Origin: Candidatus Latescibacterota bacterium
Lineage (GTDB): Bacteria; Latescibacterota; UBA2968
DNA length: 64,000 nt
Direction: 5' to 3'
Assembly: GCA_965222605.1 (NCBI GenBank)
Contig: OZ244960.1
Coordinates: 3,648,001 to 3,712,000 of the forward strand
Positions 6,193-16,398 of this stretch are shown one piece after another. Each line of letters opens with the position of its first letter. Position 1 is the stretch's first letter. The position numbers were made by a program, and so were the translations under genes. The notes under the pieces were generated by a model that worked only from the letters and a program-made list of their open reading frames with translations, did no database searches and was not told the origin of the DNA.

Positions 6193-8724
6193 CTACAGCC
6201 GCGGATCCACGGGTTCTGTTTCGAGCGCGAGGACGCCGAAGACGCATTCGTGGATGCGGCGCAGGGGCTCGTTTTGAGCGAAGCGGCTGAGGGCTTCGAG
6301 ACCCAGGGCAAATTCGCGCAGGGCGAGAGATTGCTTGGTTTTGACATTGCGCCAGCGCAATTTTTCGAGATTTTCGGAGGTGGTGTATTCGGGGCCGTAG
6401 ATGATGCGCAGGTATTCGCGGCCTCTGCATTTGAGGGCGGGCTGAATCAGCCTGTCTTTTTTATTGCGCGCAATGAAATTCAGGGGTTTGACGACCATGC
6501 CCTCGCTGCCCTGTGCTGTTCTTTCTTTCCACCAGGCGGTGGTGTTGGCACAACTCTGTGTGTCGTTGAGATCGACGACGCGGTATGATGTGGCATGGAG
6601 GAGTTCGGGATCGGCCATACACAGTTTTGAGAGGGTTTCCATGTGATAGGTGTGGGGCCGATTGTGATGAACGCTTCCTTCGGTGGCGAGGATGTGAAAG
6701 GGCGCGAGTTTGAGGTCTGTGAGATTGTGAACGGGCCAGCAGTAGGCGCGGTACGCGTGGATGTAGCGGTCGATGCGTTGTGAACGGGCTTTGTATTTAG
6801 CGAGCCAGTCGGCGACGTCGATATTGTTGTTGGTGTTGAGGGCCCCGAGGGTGGCGTTGAGAGATGCGCGGGCAGAGGCACCGACAGCCGCGTATTGTTC
6901 CTGCAATAGTTGTTGTGCGCGCGCAGACCAGGGCATGAGTTCGCAGTCGAGGGCTATCCAGGTGGTGTTGAGGTCATGCCAGAGATCGGCTTTGGAGACG
7001 GCGTTTTGGAGGCGGGTAAGGAATGCGGTTTCGAGGCTCGCATCGTCAAAAAAGGAACGACCTGTTCGGGTATAACACGCGCCGGGTGCGGGTTCGGATA
7101 GGCCAAAACGCGCACGGGCAACTTCGTCATTTTTGCACAGGATGACAATGGCGCGGGATCCCATGTGTTTTTCTTCGGCTATGACCTGGGCGATGCCGTT
7201 TTCCCGGTAGTAGGCATAGGCTTCGTCGGGATGTTCGAGGATATTGGGACGCGGACTGGGTTTTGATGGAGACATGGTCGGCGGCAGGTAGATCAGCCAT
7301 TTGGGATCGATGGCGTAGCGGCTCATTATTTCGAGGGCGGCAATGGCGTGTTCTTCGCGGATGGTGATGCGTGGGATGAGAAAGGTATCTACGGCGCGTT
7401 TGCCAATGACGTCGTCAATGTCGAGCATGTCGTCATGCGTTTGTTGTACGGATCGGGTGGTCTTAGAGGCAAGAGGTAGCGAGGGTTTGCTATATGTTTT
7501 GAGCGCGGGTACGGAAACGCATTCTTTTTCGGGATAGCGCAGGGCAGTGAGCACGCCGCCATAGACACAGCCGGTGTCGATGTTGATGGTGTTGTTGAGC
7601 CATTCGGGACTGGATACGGGGGTGTGTCCATAGACGACGGTGGCTGTGCCGCGATAGCGCGCCGCCCAGTTGAGACGGATGGGCAGGCCATATTCATCGG
7701 TTTCGCCCGTGGTTTCGCCATATAGGGCGAAGGCACGCACGGTGCCCGAAGTGCGTCCGGCCAGTTCTTCTTTCATTCCGGCGTGTGCAACGATGAGGTT
7801 GCCATTATCGAGTATGTAGTGGCTGGTCAGGCTGTCGAGGAATTTTGCATAGCGTTTGCGGTCTTCAATGGGGTATAATTCGAGCTGTTCGAGAGTTTCG
7901 GAAAGGCCATAAGTGGGTTTGACTTTTTTGCCCTGTAGCGCGCGAACGAGGCGGGTGTCGTGATTGCCGGGGATGCAGAGGGCGACGCCGGAATTGACCA
8001 TTTGCATGACGAGGTCGAGTACCTGGGGTGTTTTGGGGCCGCGATCTACGAAGTCGCCGAGGAAGATGGCTTTGCGTCCTGGCGGCGGTGCAATTGAGTT
8101 GGGCTGAATGTCGTAGCCGAGTTTGTCGAGTAGCGCGAGGAGTTCGTCATAACAGCCGTGGACATCACCAATGATGTCAAAGGGACCGTGGTCTTCGCGG
8201 CGATTGGGCCAAACTTTTTCGCGTGTGATGCACACGCGCTGGACTTCGTCTTCTGAGCGCAGGGTGTAGATGCGGCGAAATCCTTCGCGTTTGAGGCGTT
8301 TGAATGAGCGGCGGAGTTGATGGCGTTGTTGCGCGATAACGCGATGTTCAAAGTTGCGGTTTGGTCGGTGTTTGTTGCGCTCGCGGCAGAGGTCTTCAGG
8401 CATGTCGAGGACTATGGCGATGGGAAAGACGTGATGTTGTTTGGCCAATGCTACGAGGGGTTTGCGGGCGCTTTCCTGTACGCTGGTGGCGTCGATAACG
8501 GTGAGTTTGTAGTTGGCGAGGCGTTTGGCGGCCACGTAGTGGAGGGTTTCAAATGCCTCTTTTGTGATGGTCTGGTCGGTTTCGTCGTCGCTGATGAGTC
8601 CGCGGAAGTAGTCGGAGGAGAGGACTTCGGTCGATTTGAAGTGGGTTTTGGCAAATGTGGATTTGCCAGAGCCAGACGCGCCTATGAGGACGACGAGGGA
8701 GATTTCGGGGAGTGTGATGTTCAT
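6193..8724 (-). CDS. pnkp: Polynucleotide kinase-phosphatase/ligase of the bacterial RNA repair system
   Basis: P-loop GASGSGKS; metallophosphatase motifs GDVHG, GDFVDRG, GNHD; ligase motif EEKHMGSR; C-terminal EPVDPRL. Confidence 0.96.
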   Translation of the reverse strand: MNITLPEISLVVLIGASGSGKSTFAKTHFKSTEVLSSDYFRGLISDDETDQTITKEAFETLHYVAAKRLANYKLTVIDATSVQESARKPLVALAKQHHVFPIAIVLDMPEDLCRERNKHRPNRNFEHRVIAQQRHQLRRSFKRLKREGFRRIYTLRSEDEVQRVCITREKVWPNRREDHGPFDIIGDVHGCYDELLALLDKLGYDIQPNSIAPPPGRKAIFLGDFVDRGPKTPQVLDLVMQMVNSGVALCIPGNHDTRLVRALQGKKVKPTYGLSETLEQLELYPIEDRKRYAKFLDSLTSHYILDNGNLIVAHAGMKEELAGRTSGTVRAFALYGETTGETDEYGLPIRLNWAARYRGTATVVYGHTPVSSPEWLNNTINIDTGCVYGGVLTALRYPEKECVSVPALKTYSKPSLPLASKTTRSVQQTHDDMLDIDDVIGKRAVDTFLIPRITIREEHAIAALEIMSRYAIDPKWLIYLPPTMSPSKPSPRPNILEHPDEAYAYYRENGIAQVIAEEKHMGSRAIVILCKNDEVARARFGLSEPAPGACYTRTGRSFFDDASLETAFLTRLQNAVSKADLWHDLNTTWIALDCELMPWSARAQQLLQEQYAAVGASARASLNATLGALNTNNNIDVADWLAKYKARSQRIDRYIHAYRAYCWPVHNLTDLKLAPFHILATEGSVHHNRPHTYHMETLSKLCMADPELLHATSYRVVDLNDTQSCANTTAWWKERTAQGSEGMVVKPLNFIARNKKDRLIQPALKCRGREYLRIIYGPEYTTSENLEKLRWRNVKTKQSLALREFALGLEALSRFAQNEPLRRIHECVFGVLALETEPVDPRL

Positions 8725-8727
8725 GAT

Positions 8728-10089
8728 TTATTTTTTATTAAATACGGCCATTTGCGTTGGCGGGCCTACTTCTGGATCTACGGGGCCGATGGGTTTGATT
8801 GTTGTGTGGTAGTTGAATTTTTTTTCGACGCCTTGTGTCCAATTTTGAAATTGTTTGCGCGACCACTCAAAGCGGTGGTCGGGGTGGCGAAATTGCCCGG
8901 CGGGAAGAGATGCCCAGCGCACGTTGAAGTCGGCATTTGGGGTGGTGATGATGATGGTGTTGGGTTGGGCATATTCAAATACGACGCGTTCGAAAACGGG
9001 CAATCGCGATGGGTTGAGGTGTTCAACAACTTCTAAGAGTACTGCGGCGTCATAGCCGTCGAGGCGCGTGTCGCGATAGAATAGTGATCCGTGTATGAGT
9101 TCGATGCGGTTGCGCTGTATGGGCTGGTCGAGGCGTTTGTGAGCGCGGCTCAAGGCATAGTGTGAAACTTCCATGCCGAGGATTTTGGTAAATTGGGGGT
9201 GTTCTGACAAGACGTGTGTGAAGTGACCTTCGCCGCAGCCGAGATCGAGGACGCGTTGTGCATCGCTGTTTTCGAGTTCTTTGAGTACGGCATTGTGCCG
9301 TTGCTGGTTCAGTCTGAGGTTGTTTTCGACGACGAGTTCATTGTCTTTGATATTGCGCTCTAAGGGCTGTTCATCCATAAGGCGATAGGCTTCCTGGGTG
9401 AGGATGCGCTGGTGTCTGAGATATCGGTCTATGATGAGGTCGCGTTTGGGGTGGTCTGATAACCAGCCTTCGCCGCGGCGCATCAGGGTGTCGATTTCAG
9501 ATTGGCTGACGAAGTAGTGTTTGTCGTCGTCGAGTACGGGGATGAGGACGTAGAGATGAGTGAGCAGGTCTTTTAGTGGGATGTTTGCTTCGAGTGCGAC
9601 GGTGTAATACGGGCTGTACCCCCATTCTGAGAATTTTTCATCGAGGCGGTGCGGTTTGGCTGTGACTTTATATTCCAATGGCTGAAACAGGTCGTTGAGC
9701 AGTTGGTCGCCACCGCGACAAGGGAGAACGTGGATTTCTGCGCGCAAGGGGATGGGCCGGGTAACGAGATCGGGTCGGTCGGCGCACTGGCCTTTGAGCG
9801 CGCTGCCAAATACGCGGGCGATGGCTACGCTGGTGAACGAGGAGGCGACATAGGGCCGGTCGGTGACGTAATCGCGGAGTGCAAAGGTGTTTTGGCGACG
9901 GCGTTTGAGGCCAATGGTGTCGAGGTCGAGCAATAGGGCAGCCGTGCATTTTTCATCTGTGGCTTCGGGATAAAATACGTGTGCATGACCAAAAGAGAGG
10001 TCAAAGGTCTGCGCGCGTTTGGGGTGTTTGTGTAGCAGATAGCCCAGGTCGGTTGCGGGGTTGTGTGTGGTGGTGATTGTTAAGAGCAT
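8728..10089 (-). CDS. hen1: 3'-terminal RNA ribose 2'-O-methyltransferase Hen1
   Basis: N-terminal MLLTITTTHNPATDLGYLLHKHP, SAM motif VLDLGCGEG, EVVEHL, FRHPDHRFEW; lies 3 bp from pnkp. Confidence 0.96.
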   Translation of the reverse strand: MLLTITTTHNPATDLGYLLHKHPKRAQTFDLSFGHAHVFYPEATDEKCTAALLLDLDTIGLKRRRQNTFALRDYVTDRPYVASSFTSVAIARVFGSALKGQCADRPDLVTRPIPLRAEIHVLPCRGGDQLLNDLFQPLEYKVTAKPHRLDEKFSEWGYSPYYTVALEANIPLKDLLTHLYVLIPVLDDDKHYFVSQSEIDTLMRRGEGWLSDHPKRDLIIDRYLRHQRILTQEAYRLMDEQPLERNIKDNELVVENNLRLNQQRHNAVLKELENSDAQRVLDLGCGEGHFTHVLSEHPQFTKILGMEVSHYALSRAHKRLDQPIQRNRIELIHGSLFYRDTRLDGYDAAVLLEVVEHLNPSRLPVFERVVFEYAQPNTIIITTPNADFNVRWASLPAGQFRHPDHRFEWSRKQFQNWTQGVEKKFNYHTTIKPIGPVDPEVGPPTQMAVFNKK

Positions 10090-10102
10090 AAGAAGTGAGA
10101 GC

Positions 10103-10157
10103 GTAGGGGCGGTGCCCCCGTATAGAAGCATTACGGGACAGGCTCCTGTGCCCGCCC
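10103..10157 (+). repeat. GTAG-type REP-like palindrome with an internal insertion
   Basis: GTAGGGGCGGTGCCCCCGT...GTGCCCGCCC; both ends match the copy at 16486-16512. Confidence 0.65.
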
Positions 10158-10404
10158 ATCAGAAGTAAGATAGAAGAATTGAGAGGACCAGTTTCAAGGC
10201 GATAGCCTTGCTTGTTTTGCTGATCGCTGATTTCAAGATACACAGAAAATTAATTAGATGATAGTGTTACTTGTTCCATTCCAAGATGCAAATATGTCGG
10301 TCTTTTTGTGTGGACTGCGATTTGTTGTAGGTGTATTTTTAAACGGTGTATTGATGCGGTGTGTTTGAGATTTGAAGGGGATTACTTTTGGAAGGGGCGA
10401 GCAA

Positions 10405-10602
10405 ATGGTGCGCGAGATGGTGATGGCAGGTATATCCGTTGGGGCGGTGATTGCCCTGGCGTGGTGGATTGACCATCCAAAAAAAGAGGTGGGAAGTCTG
10501 TTGGCTGTTGGTGTGTTTGTGGTGCTGGTTGTGGTTGCGTTTATGAAAAAGCAGAATCAGGTGACGCGCTATCAGAAGATGAAGCGCAAGAATGATGAGT
10601 GA
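10405..10602 (+). CDS. Small two-TM membrane protein
   Basis: RBS GAAGGGG, two hydrophobic segments, basic tail. Confidence 0.65.
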   Translation: MVREMVMAGISVGAVIALAWWIDHPKKEVGSLLAVGVFVVLVVVAFMKKQNQVTRYQKMKRKNDE

Positions 10603-10652
10603 ATATTGCCGGGAGAATATTAGTATCTGATGTTACGCAGGTCTCGCGTTTC

Positions 10653-10746
10653 TGTCATGCTGAGGAAGCCGATAGGCTGACGAAGCATCTCTTACCTCTG
10701 AAGTATATAGATTCTTCGACTCCGCTGCGCTCCGCTCAGAATGACA
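10653..10746. repeat. 94-bp palindromic miniature element (TGTCAT...ATGACA type)
   Basis: Terminal inverted repeats TGTCATGCTGAG / CTCAGAATGACA and inner arms CGAAGCATCT / AGATTCTTCG. Confidence 0.7.
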
Positions 10747-10799
10747 GGCGCATTATATTGTGCCTATGCGTAACATCAGTTAGTATGAGAAAGGTTGTT

Positions 10800-12179
10800 A
10801 TGTTGAGAGGTATTCGCGGGATGGTTGTGCTGGTTCTTGCCGCGGGGTTGATGTGGTACTGTGGTGGCGAGCGCGTGATGATGGAGGTGGAAGAGCAGGT
10901 TGGACAGCCGCTGAGTAAGTTGGCTGTGCAAGGCAATGCGTCGGGGGCTGTGGTGGTGGCTTCTGTGCGACAGGATGATACGCCGGTGAGCGGTGCAATG
11001 GTAGAGTTTGCGCGTTCTGTTGCGGGGCAGGTGGTAGAGTATGCGTGGTCGGGGATGACGGATGATGATGGTCGGGCGCGGTTGGAGATTGTGGGCGATG
11101 CGACGGGTTATTATCAGGCGCGTGCATCGCGGGATGGGCGGGTGATCGGGTTATGGTCGAGTATTCCGATTAATGCCGGCGATGAGGTGGTGGTCAATTT
11201 GCCCATTGGCGGGAAGGCGCAGGTGATGGGGATGCCTCCATCGTTGGCTTGTGCGGATCGCGTTCTCAATTTCGGTTTTTTTGCGTTTTTTGCGCCGGTT
11301 AGTTCCAGTGCAGATCCCGATCCAGGTTCCGCCGGGTTTAATACGCATGTGGGTTATGAAGCGGATTTGTTGACGGCTCTCGAAGCGATGGATGGCGCGG
11401 GGCTGTCGTTTTCTCGGCGGGGTATTGATATATGGCCCAATATTTGGCTGCTGTCGGCTGGTGCGGAATACGATGTTGTCGGCGGTGGTATTACGATTCT
11501 CGATTCTCGAACCCGCGATGAGATGGGCAATCAGGTGGTGACTTTTACTTCGGGGCATATTGCGTTTCGCCAGTCACTTCTGGTGCGCGTCGAAGATGGG
11601 GCGCGCTGGGCAAGCCACGACGATTTGACAAGCGAGGTGCGTGTGGGTGCGCTGGCGAGTACGACGGGGGAAGCGCGTTTGCTGGTGCTGACGGGTCTGG
11701 TCAATGCCGATGGTGTTTTGGCTGCGGGTGTGCGTGTTGAAACGCAAACGGATACGGTGGTCGCCGATGGCAGCGCGGATTATTTTATTACTGCTGCCGG
11801 CGCGTCGCCCAATCTCGAGGGCAGGCGGTATCTTTATCCGCCTGTAGATACGATGCCGCAGGTGGTTTATCTGGGGGATGATACGAGCGAAGAGGAGTTG
11901 ATCGACGCGCTTGCTTCTAACAGGATAGACGCTCTTGCCCGAGGAGAGATCGGCAACCGCGATGTTGCCCACGCTTCTAATGGTGCTTTTGTGGTGACTG
12001 CTCTGGATGCTGCGGTTGAGTATGGCGGTTTTACTCTTGATGTGGATGACGCGGATCTAACTGCATGTATTGATGATAAAATCAATTATTTGACGGATGA
12101 CCGGCGTATCGGCTATGGAGAGTGGCGACAAGATTCCTCGATTTTCATGACCCGAGCCAGGATGTGGAAGGGGCAATGA
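10800..12179 (+). CDS. Exported protein: Ig/carboxypeptidase-regulatory-like domain plus a polar amino-acid-type substrate-binding domain
   Basis: Hydrophobic N-terminus followed by Cys (possible lipoprotein). Motifs PVSGAMVEF, TDDDGRA, GYEADLL, YDVVGGGITILDSR, RVGALASTTGE. Confidence 0.7.
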   Translation: MLRGIRGMVVLVLAAGLMWYCGGERVMMEVEEQVGQPLSKLAVQGNASGAVVVASVRQDDTPVSGAMVEFARSVAGQVVEYAWSGMTDDDGRARLEIVGDATGYYQARASRDGRVIGLWSSIPINAGDEVVVNLPIGGKAQVMGMPPSLACADRVLNFGFFAFFAPVSSSADPDPGSAGFNTHVGYEADLLTALEAMDGAGLSFSRRGIDIWPNIWLLSAGAEYDVVGGGITILDSRTRDEMGNQVVTFTSGHIAFRQSLLVRVEDGARWASHDDLTSEVRVGALASTTGEARLLVLTGLVNADGVLAAGVRVETQTDTVVADGSADYFITAAGASPNLEGRRYLYPPVDTMPQVVYLGDDTSEEELIDALASNRIDALARGEIGNRDVAHASNGAFVVTALDAAVEYGGFTLDVDDADLTACIDDKINYLTDDRRIGYGEWRQDSSIFMTRARMWKGQ

Positions 12180-12190
12180 TATAATTTGGC

Positions 12191-12222
12191 TGTCATCGCG
12201 GCATGGTTTTAGCCGCGATCCA
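12191..12222. repeat. GTCATCGCGGC palindromic repeat, copy 1
   Basis: GTCATCGCGGC-atggtttta-GCCGCGATCCA, with a near-identical copy at 16420-16450. Confidence 0.7.
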
Positions 12223-12350
12223 ATGGAGGAAGGTCTCATCAGAAGTCTGGCGATCCGGATCGCCGAAAGACGTGTGAATCTGACAGACATCACTCAGGGT
12301 TTCCGACAACGCGGGGTCTGCCCTGACACAGCTACGGAGGAATAACGCAC

Positions 12351-12974
12351 ATGATCAAGGCACTAGCTACAATGCTGTTCTCGGTCCTGCTCTGCCTCGG
12401 CTCCGTTGTCGACGGCAGCGCTCAGCAGTCCACGACTCAAGGGTGGATATTCGGTTTTGATGTCGGAGGGGATGCTGTCTCCTTCGAGAACAAGCCGAGT
12501 GACAGAGGAGTACTGGTGGGACCTCGGATTGGCTATGGCCTCAACAGAATCGTCACACTGTACGCGTCCGGTTCGTATGCGGCCATCGAGATCCAGGATT
12601 TCGATGCGTTCGACAAAGTGACATTCGCCCACATTGACTACGGGGTGAGGCTGCACCTGGCCAATAGCCGCCGGTGGGTCCCCTATGGCGACCTTGCCCT
12701 TACATTCTGGCCCGTGAGCGACGTTTTCAAGAACGGGGAACAGACCACCACCGACTTCAGCGGTCTACCGTCCTTCAGCCTGGGAGGCGGACTCGCCATC
12801 TATCTGTCTGAGGCGTGGGCCCTCGACGTGAACTTCAAGTTGGGTAAGGGATATTTCAAAGACGTCGAGGTTGACAATATCTTGAATGGCGGGACGAGCG
12901 AACATTTGCATAAATTTCTCGACATCCACGCTGAATCGGCTCGGCTCACCGTCGGTGTTTCGTGGTGGCCATAG
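12351..12974 (+). CDS. Outer-membrane beta-barrel protein (OmpA/OmpW-like)
   Basis: RBS GGAGG, signal peptide, amphipathic strands (WVPYGDL, SLGGGLAIYL), aromatic C-terminus. Confidence 0.8.
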   Translation: MIKALATMLFSVLLCLGSVVDGSAQQSTTQGWIFGFDVGGDAVSFENKPSDRGVLVGPRIGYGLNRIVTLYASGSYAAIEIQDFDAFDKVTFAHIDYGVRLHLANSRRWVPYGDLALTFWPVSDVFKNGEQTTTDFSGLPSFSLGGGLAIYLSEAWALDVNFKLGKGYFKDVEVDNILNGGTSEHLHKFLDIHAESARLTVGVSWWP

Positions 12975-13009
12975 TATGACTTACACCACGATGCACTATA
13001 TCGACGTTT

Positions 13010-13050
13010 AAATCCTCAAAGCCTTCGGGTCTTGAGGATTTTTTTTATTT
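13010..13050 (+). terminator. Intrinsic terminator
   Basis: AAATCCTCAA...TTGAGGATTT followed by a T-run. Confidence 0.8.
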
Positions 13051-13056
13051 TTCCGC

Positions 13057-13104
13057 TTGACAGGAAAATTGTTTTAGTGTATTATTTAAGTAGAACACTA
13101 AGAC
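13057..13104 (+). promoter_or_regulatory. Sigma70 promoter overlapped by a YtrA-type operator
   Basis: TTGACA, 17 bp, TATTAT. Inverted repeat GTTTTAGTGT...ACACTAAGAC (AGTGTA-N12-AACACT) resembles the YtrA box. Confidence 0.8.
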
Positions 13105-13134
13105 ACCGCTGTTTTAACTCGATTGGAGGGGCAA

Positions 13135-14514
13135 ATGACTACTCAACATTTTAAGTTCTACCGCTCTGGTCTCGGGATATTCTCAACAGCGCGCCGAACA
13201 CTGTTGTGGCTCTGTTTGTTCATCGGATGTGCGACTGCGGGTGCTGAGGAACCTCCCCGTGTGGTGCGGACTGTGCCGGAGAACGGCGCGCAGTCGGTGG
13301 ATGCCGCTACGACGGAATTGCGCGTCACTTTTGACCAGACCATGGATACCAAAAGGGACTATTCGTTTGTGATTTTAGGTAGCAAATCTATGCTTCCAGA
13401 GGTTGCCGGAAAGCCCCAGTGGATTTCTGATACGACTATTGTTCTTCCTGTGAAACTCAAGCCGGGCCGCGAATACGGCCTGGGCATTAACTCGGAGCAG
13501 CATCAGAATTTTCGAGGAACCAATGGGCTTCCCGCGGTTCCGTATCCCATTTCTTTCAGGACTGCGCCATCGGGCGATGTGAAACCCCTGGATCCAGAAC
13601 GGAATCGGAAATCGTTGAAGCAGTTGAGGTCGGCTATCGAAGAGAGGTATTCCTATCGCGATCTGCGGGGCATAGATTGGGATGCCAGATTTGCCGAGTT
13701 CGAGGCGCGTTTGATCAATGCGAAGACGTCTGGTCAGTTTGCCATGCTTGCTGGACAACTCCTAAAGGTCGCCCGCGACGCGCATATCTGGCTCGATGCG
13801 GATGGTGATCGATTAGCTGGCTTTCGGCGAAATGTGCGCCTCAATGCGGATCGAGAGTTGCTGAAACGAATAGTACCTCAGCTTCGATCCGTCAATCGCG
13901 TGGTAGCTACCGGGAGGTTTCCGGAGGGACCGGCGTATCTGGTGATTAGAAGTTGGTCACAAAAAACGGCCCGGAATATCGAGGCCGCTGCGAAATGGAT
14001 CGATGATCTGTCACCCGACGATACCTTGATTCTGGATATTCGATTCAACAGCGGAGGCGACGAGCGGTTGGCGAGAAAGATCGCCGGTCGATTTGTCGAG
14101 CGATCTGTGGTATATGCAGGCCATCTCAATCGCGACACCTCCAGTCCTTCTGGTTTTTCCAAAATCAAGACGCGAACGCTGAAGCCAATTCGGCCCGGGT
14201 TTCGAGGGCGCACGGTCGTTCTGATGGGACCGGTCAATATGAGCAGTTGCGAGGCGTTTTTGTTGATGATGAAACAGGCAGGTGCCGCATTGATGGGCGA
14301 GAAGTCCTACGGCAGTTCGGGCAATCCGAAACCCGTGCGCTTGGCGAATGGAGTGACTGTATTTCTTCCGTCGTGGGTGGCTTTGACGCCCGATGGAGAG
14401 CCGTTCGAGGGTAAGGGCATATCACCTGATGTTCACGTTAAATTTCCCGACAAGCCTGAGGATCATGATCCGTTGATCAACGCAGCCCTTGAATTTTTGA
14501 AAGGTAAGATGTAG
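13135..14514 (+). CDS. Exported S41-family peptidase with an N-terminal Ig-like domain
   Basis: PPRVVRTVPENGA Ig-like start; DAHIW, LILDIRFNSGG, NMSSCEAF, EGKGISPDV. Confidence 0.88.
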   Translation: MTTQHFKFYRSGLGIFSTARRTLLWLCLFIGCATAGAEEPPRVVRTVPENGAQSVDAATTELRVTFDQTMDTKRDYSFVILGSKSMLPEVAGKPQWISDTTIVLPVKLKPGREYGLGINSEQHQNFRGTNGLPAVPYPISFRTAPSGDVKPLDPERNRKSLKQLRSAIEERYSYRDLRGIDWDARFAEFEARLINAKTSGQFAMLAGQLLKVARDAHIWLDADGDRLAGFRRNVRLNADRELLKRIVPQLRSVNRVVATGRFPEGPAYLVIRSWSQKTARNIEAAAKWIDDLSPDDTLILDIRFNSGGDERLARKIAGRFVERSVVYAGHLNRDTSSPSGFSKIKTRTLKPIRPGFRGRTVVLMGPVNMSSCEAFLLMMKQAGAALMGEKSYGSSGNPKPVRLANGVTVFLPSWVALTPDGEPFEGKGISPDVHVKFPDKPEDHDPLINAALEFLKGKM

Positions 14515-14534
14515 GGGCGAGGCATGCCTCGCCC
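14511..14534 (+). repeat. GTAG-type REP-like palindrome
   Basis: GTAGGGGCGAGGCATGCCTCGCCC; supplies the peptidase stop codon. Confidence 0.7.
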
Positions 14535-14600
14535 GTTTGTAAGATACAAGACGTAAGAAGGGATGACTTTAACGTCTCACCTGTTTCAAAGGAGTATGGC

Positions 14601-15275
14601 ATGAAACAATTTTTTGCCCTGTATCTGAAGGAACTCAAAGCGAATAGAGCACTTTTTCTATTTTTGCTTCTTTTGATTGTAGGGATGAGTGCTTATGGGC
14701 TGATTGGACTGGACAATGCCAAGGATTTTCCTTGGCCAATTCTGGCTGCTTCTACCCTTGTTTTTAGCCTGCCTTTTTTGCTGGCGCATGCCTTCAATAC
14801 TGAGTGGAAGTCTGAAACGCATTATCAGATGTTCGCACTACCGGTTTCACAATACACAGTGATTCTGGCAAAGATTGCAGCGGTTGTGAGTAAGGGCATT
14901 GTAGGTGGCATAATTGTAATAAGTTGTCTGTATTTATGGCTGATGAGTACTGCGGCCGATGATATAAGACTTTCATTTTTCGGAAGAGAGATGACGGGGG
15001 TACCAGCGTTTTTTGATTTTGCTTTTGGGGCTGGTATAACACTTGTGACGTATATGGTTTTCATTCTCGGCGTTGTGACCGGAATGGAGGGGGTGAAGTT
15101 TGCGGTTAAACGGTATCGGGGCTTGACTGCGGTTGCTTTTTTTATTCTTGCCGTGTTTGTGTATGGCCAGCTTTTACCACAAGACGATTGGTCTCCTTTT
15201 GTCTATACGATTCTGATGGGTATTATCTTTATGATTATTGGGCTTGTTGTGTATGAAAAACGCGCGGAAATATGA
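14601..15275 (+). CDS. ABC-2-type permease, paralog 1
   Basis: Multi-TM; LYLKELK, EWKSETHYQMFALPVS..VILAK. Confidence 0.85.
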   Translation: MKQFFALYLKELKANRALFLFLLLLIVGMSAYGLIGLDNAKDFPWPILAASTLVFSLPFLLAHAFNTEWKSETHYQMFALPVSQYTVILAKIAAVVSKGIVGGIIVISCLYLWLMSTAADDIRLSFFGREMTGVPAFFDFAFGAGITLVTYMVFILGVVTGMEGVKFAVKRYRGLTAVAFFILAVFVYGQLLPQDDWSPFVYTILMGIIFMIIGLVVYEKRAEI

Positions 15276-15316
15276 GGTCCGATCTATGACCGTACAAAAA
15301 GTCAGGAGGCATTTGT

Positions 15317-15688
15317 ATGCCACCTTATGAGTTTGATCCAAACGCGCCTATTTATTTACAAATTATCGGCGAGATCAAAAAGCGTTCGGTGCGCGGGGTT
15401 TATTCGCCGGGTTCAAAGTTGCCTTCGGTGCGGGATATGGCGAGGGAAATGGGCGTGAATCCCAATACGATGGCGCGGGCTTATGCAGAGCTCGAGCGGG
15501 AGGGTTTTGTTTTTACGCGGCGCGGGCAGGGTTCGTTTGTTACGGAGGATGGGAAGAAGATTGAGGCTGAGAAGCGGAAGTTGGCACAGGGTGCTGTTGC
15601 GCGGTTTGTTGCAGAGGTTGGAGAATTAGATCTTTCCAGCGAGCAAGTTGCCGATTTGTTGCGCGAGATAGAGGAGGATTTGACATGA
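15317..15688 (+). CDS. GntR-family regulator, YtrA subfamily
   Basis: PIYLQI, KLPSVRDMAREMGVNPNTMARAY, RRGQGSFV; short C-domain. Confidence 0.93.
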   Translation: MPPYEFDPNAPIYLQIIGEIKKRSVRGVYSPGSKLPSVRDMAREMGVNPNTMARAYAELEREGFVFTRRGQGSFVTEDGKKIEAEKRKLAQGAVARFVAEVGELDLSSEQVADLLREIEEDLT

Positions 15689-16377
15689 TGATCGATGTTC
15701 GCGATGTGTGGAAGCGATATCCGGGCGCGTGGGCACTGCGCGGTGTTTCTTTTCAGGTTGAGCGCGGGCGCGTGCAAGGTGTGTTGGGCGAGAATGGGAG
15801 TGGGAAGAGTACTTTGTTCCGCATTCTGGCTGGTTTGACCCATCCGTCTCGGGGAACCGCCGAGGTGATGGGGCAAGCGGTGAGTGTGAAGACCCGACAG
15901 CATGTGGCTTATCTGGCGGAGATTAATCCATTTTACGATTGGATGAAGGTGATGGAGCAGGTCGAGTTTCTGGCGTGTTTTTATCCCAGGTGGGATATGG
16001 ATAAGTCGCGCGAGTTGCTGAGTTTTATGGGGCTGGATGAAGATAAGAAGGTGGGCGCGCTTTCGCGGGGCCAACAGGGTCGGCTCAAGGTGGTGTGTGC
16101 GTTTTCCTGGCCGAGTGATCTGGTTTTGATGGATGAGCCTCTATCCGGTATTGATCCCCCGTCGCGCAAACGCATTGTGGAAGCGCTGTTTAGCGAGTTT
16201 CGCTTTGGGGAGCAGACGATTTTGATTTCGACGCATCTGGTTCATGAGGTAGGCGAGTTTATCGAGGATGTGATGTTTATGAAAGAGGGCGAGATCGCAC
16301 TTTCCGGCAATGCAGATGCGCTGAGAGAGGAACGCGGGGAGTCGCTTTCGGAGATGTTTGAGATGGTGGCGATGTGA
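15685..16377 (+). CDS. ABC transporter ATP-binding protein
   Basis: GENGSGKST, LSRGQ, LMDEP, ISTH. Confidence 0.94.
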   Translation: MMIDVRDVWKRYPGAWALRGVSFQVERGRVQGVLGENGSGKSTLFRILAGLTHPSRGTAEVMGQAVSVKTRQHVAYLAEINPFYDWMKVMEQVEFLACFYPRWDMDKSRELLSFMGLDEDKKVGALSRGQQGRLKVVCAFSWPSDLVLMDEPLSGIDPPSRKRIVEALFSEFRFGEQTILISTHLVHEVGEFIEDVMFMKEGEIALSGNADALREERGESLSEMFEMVAM

Positions 16378-16398
16378 GATGGCCGGTGCCGTAATGTT

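Noticed and set aside
10599-10799. N-terminal extension of the substrate-binding protein given by the ORF track
   Set aside because: It reads through a palindromic repeat. The RBS and signal peptide support a start at 10800. Similar over-extensions were trimmed at 4765, 6347, 16431, 34433, 50132 and 61707.
12223-12345. Possible riboswitch or 40-aa ORF upstream of the beta-barrel gene (GGCGATCCGGATCGCC palindrome)
   Set aside because: No riboswitch consensus was recognised and there is no support for the short ORF.
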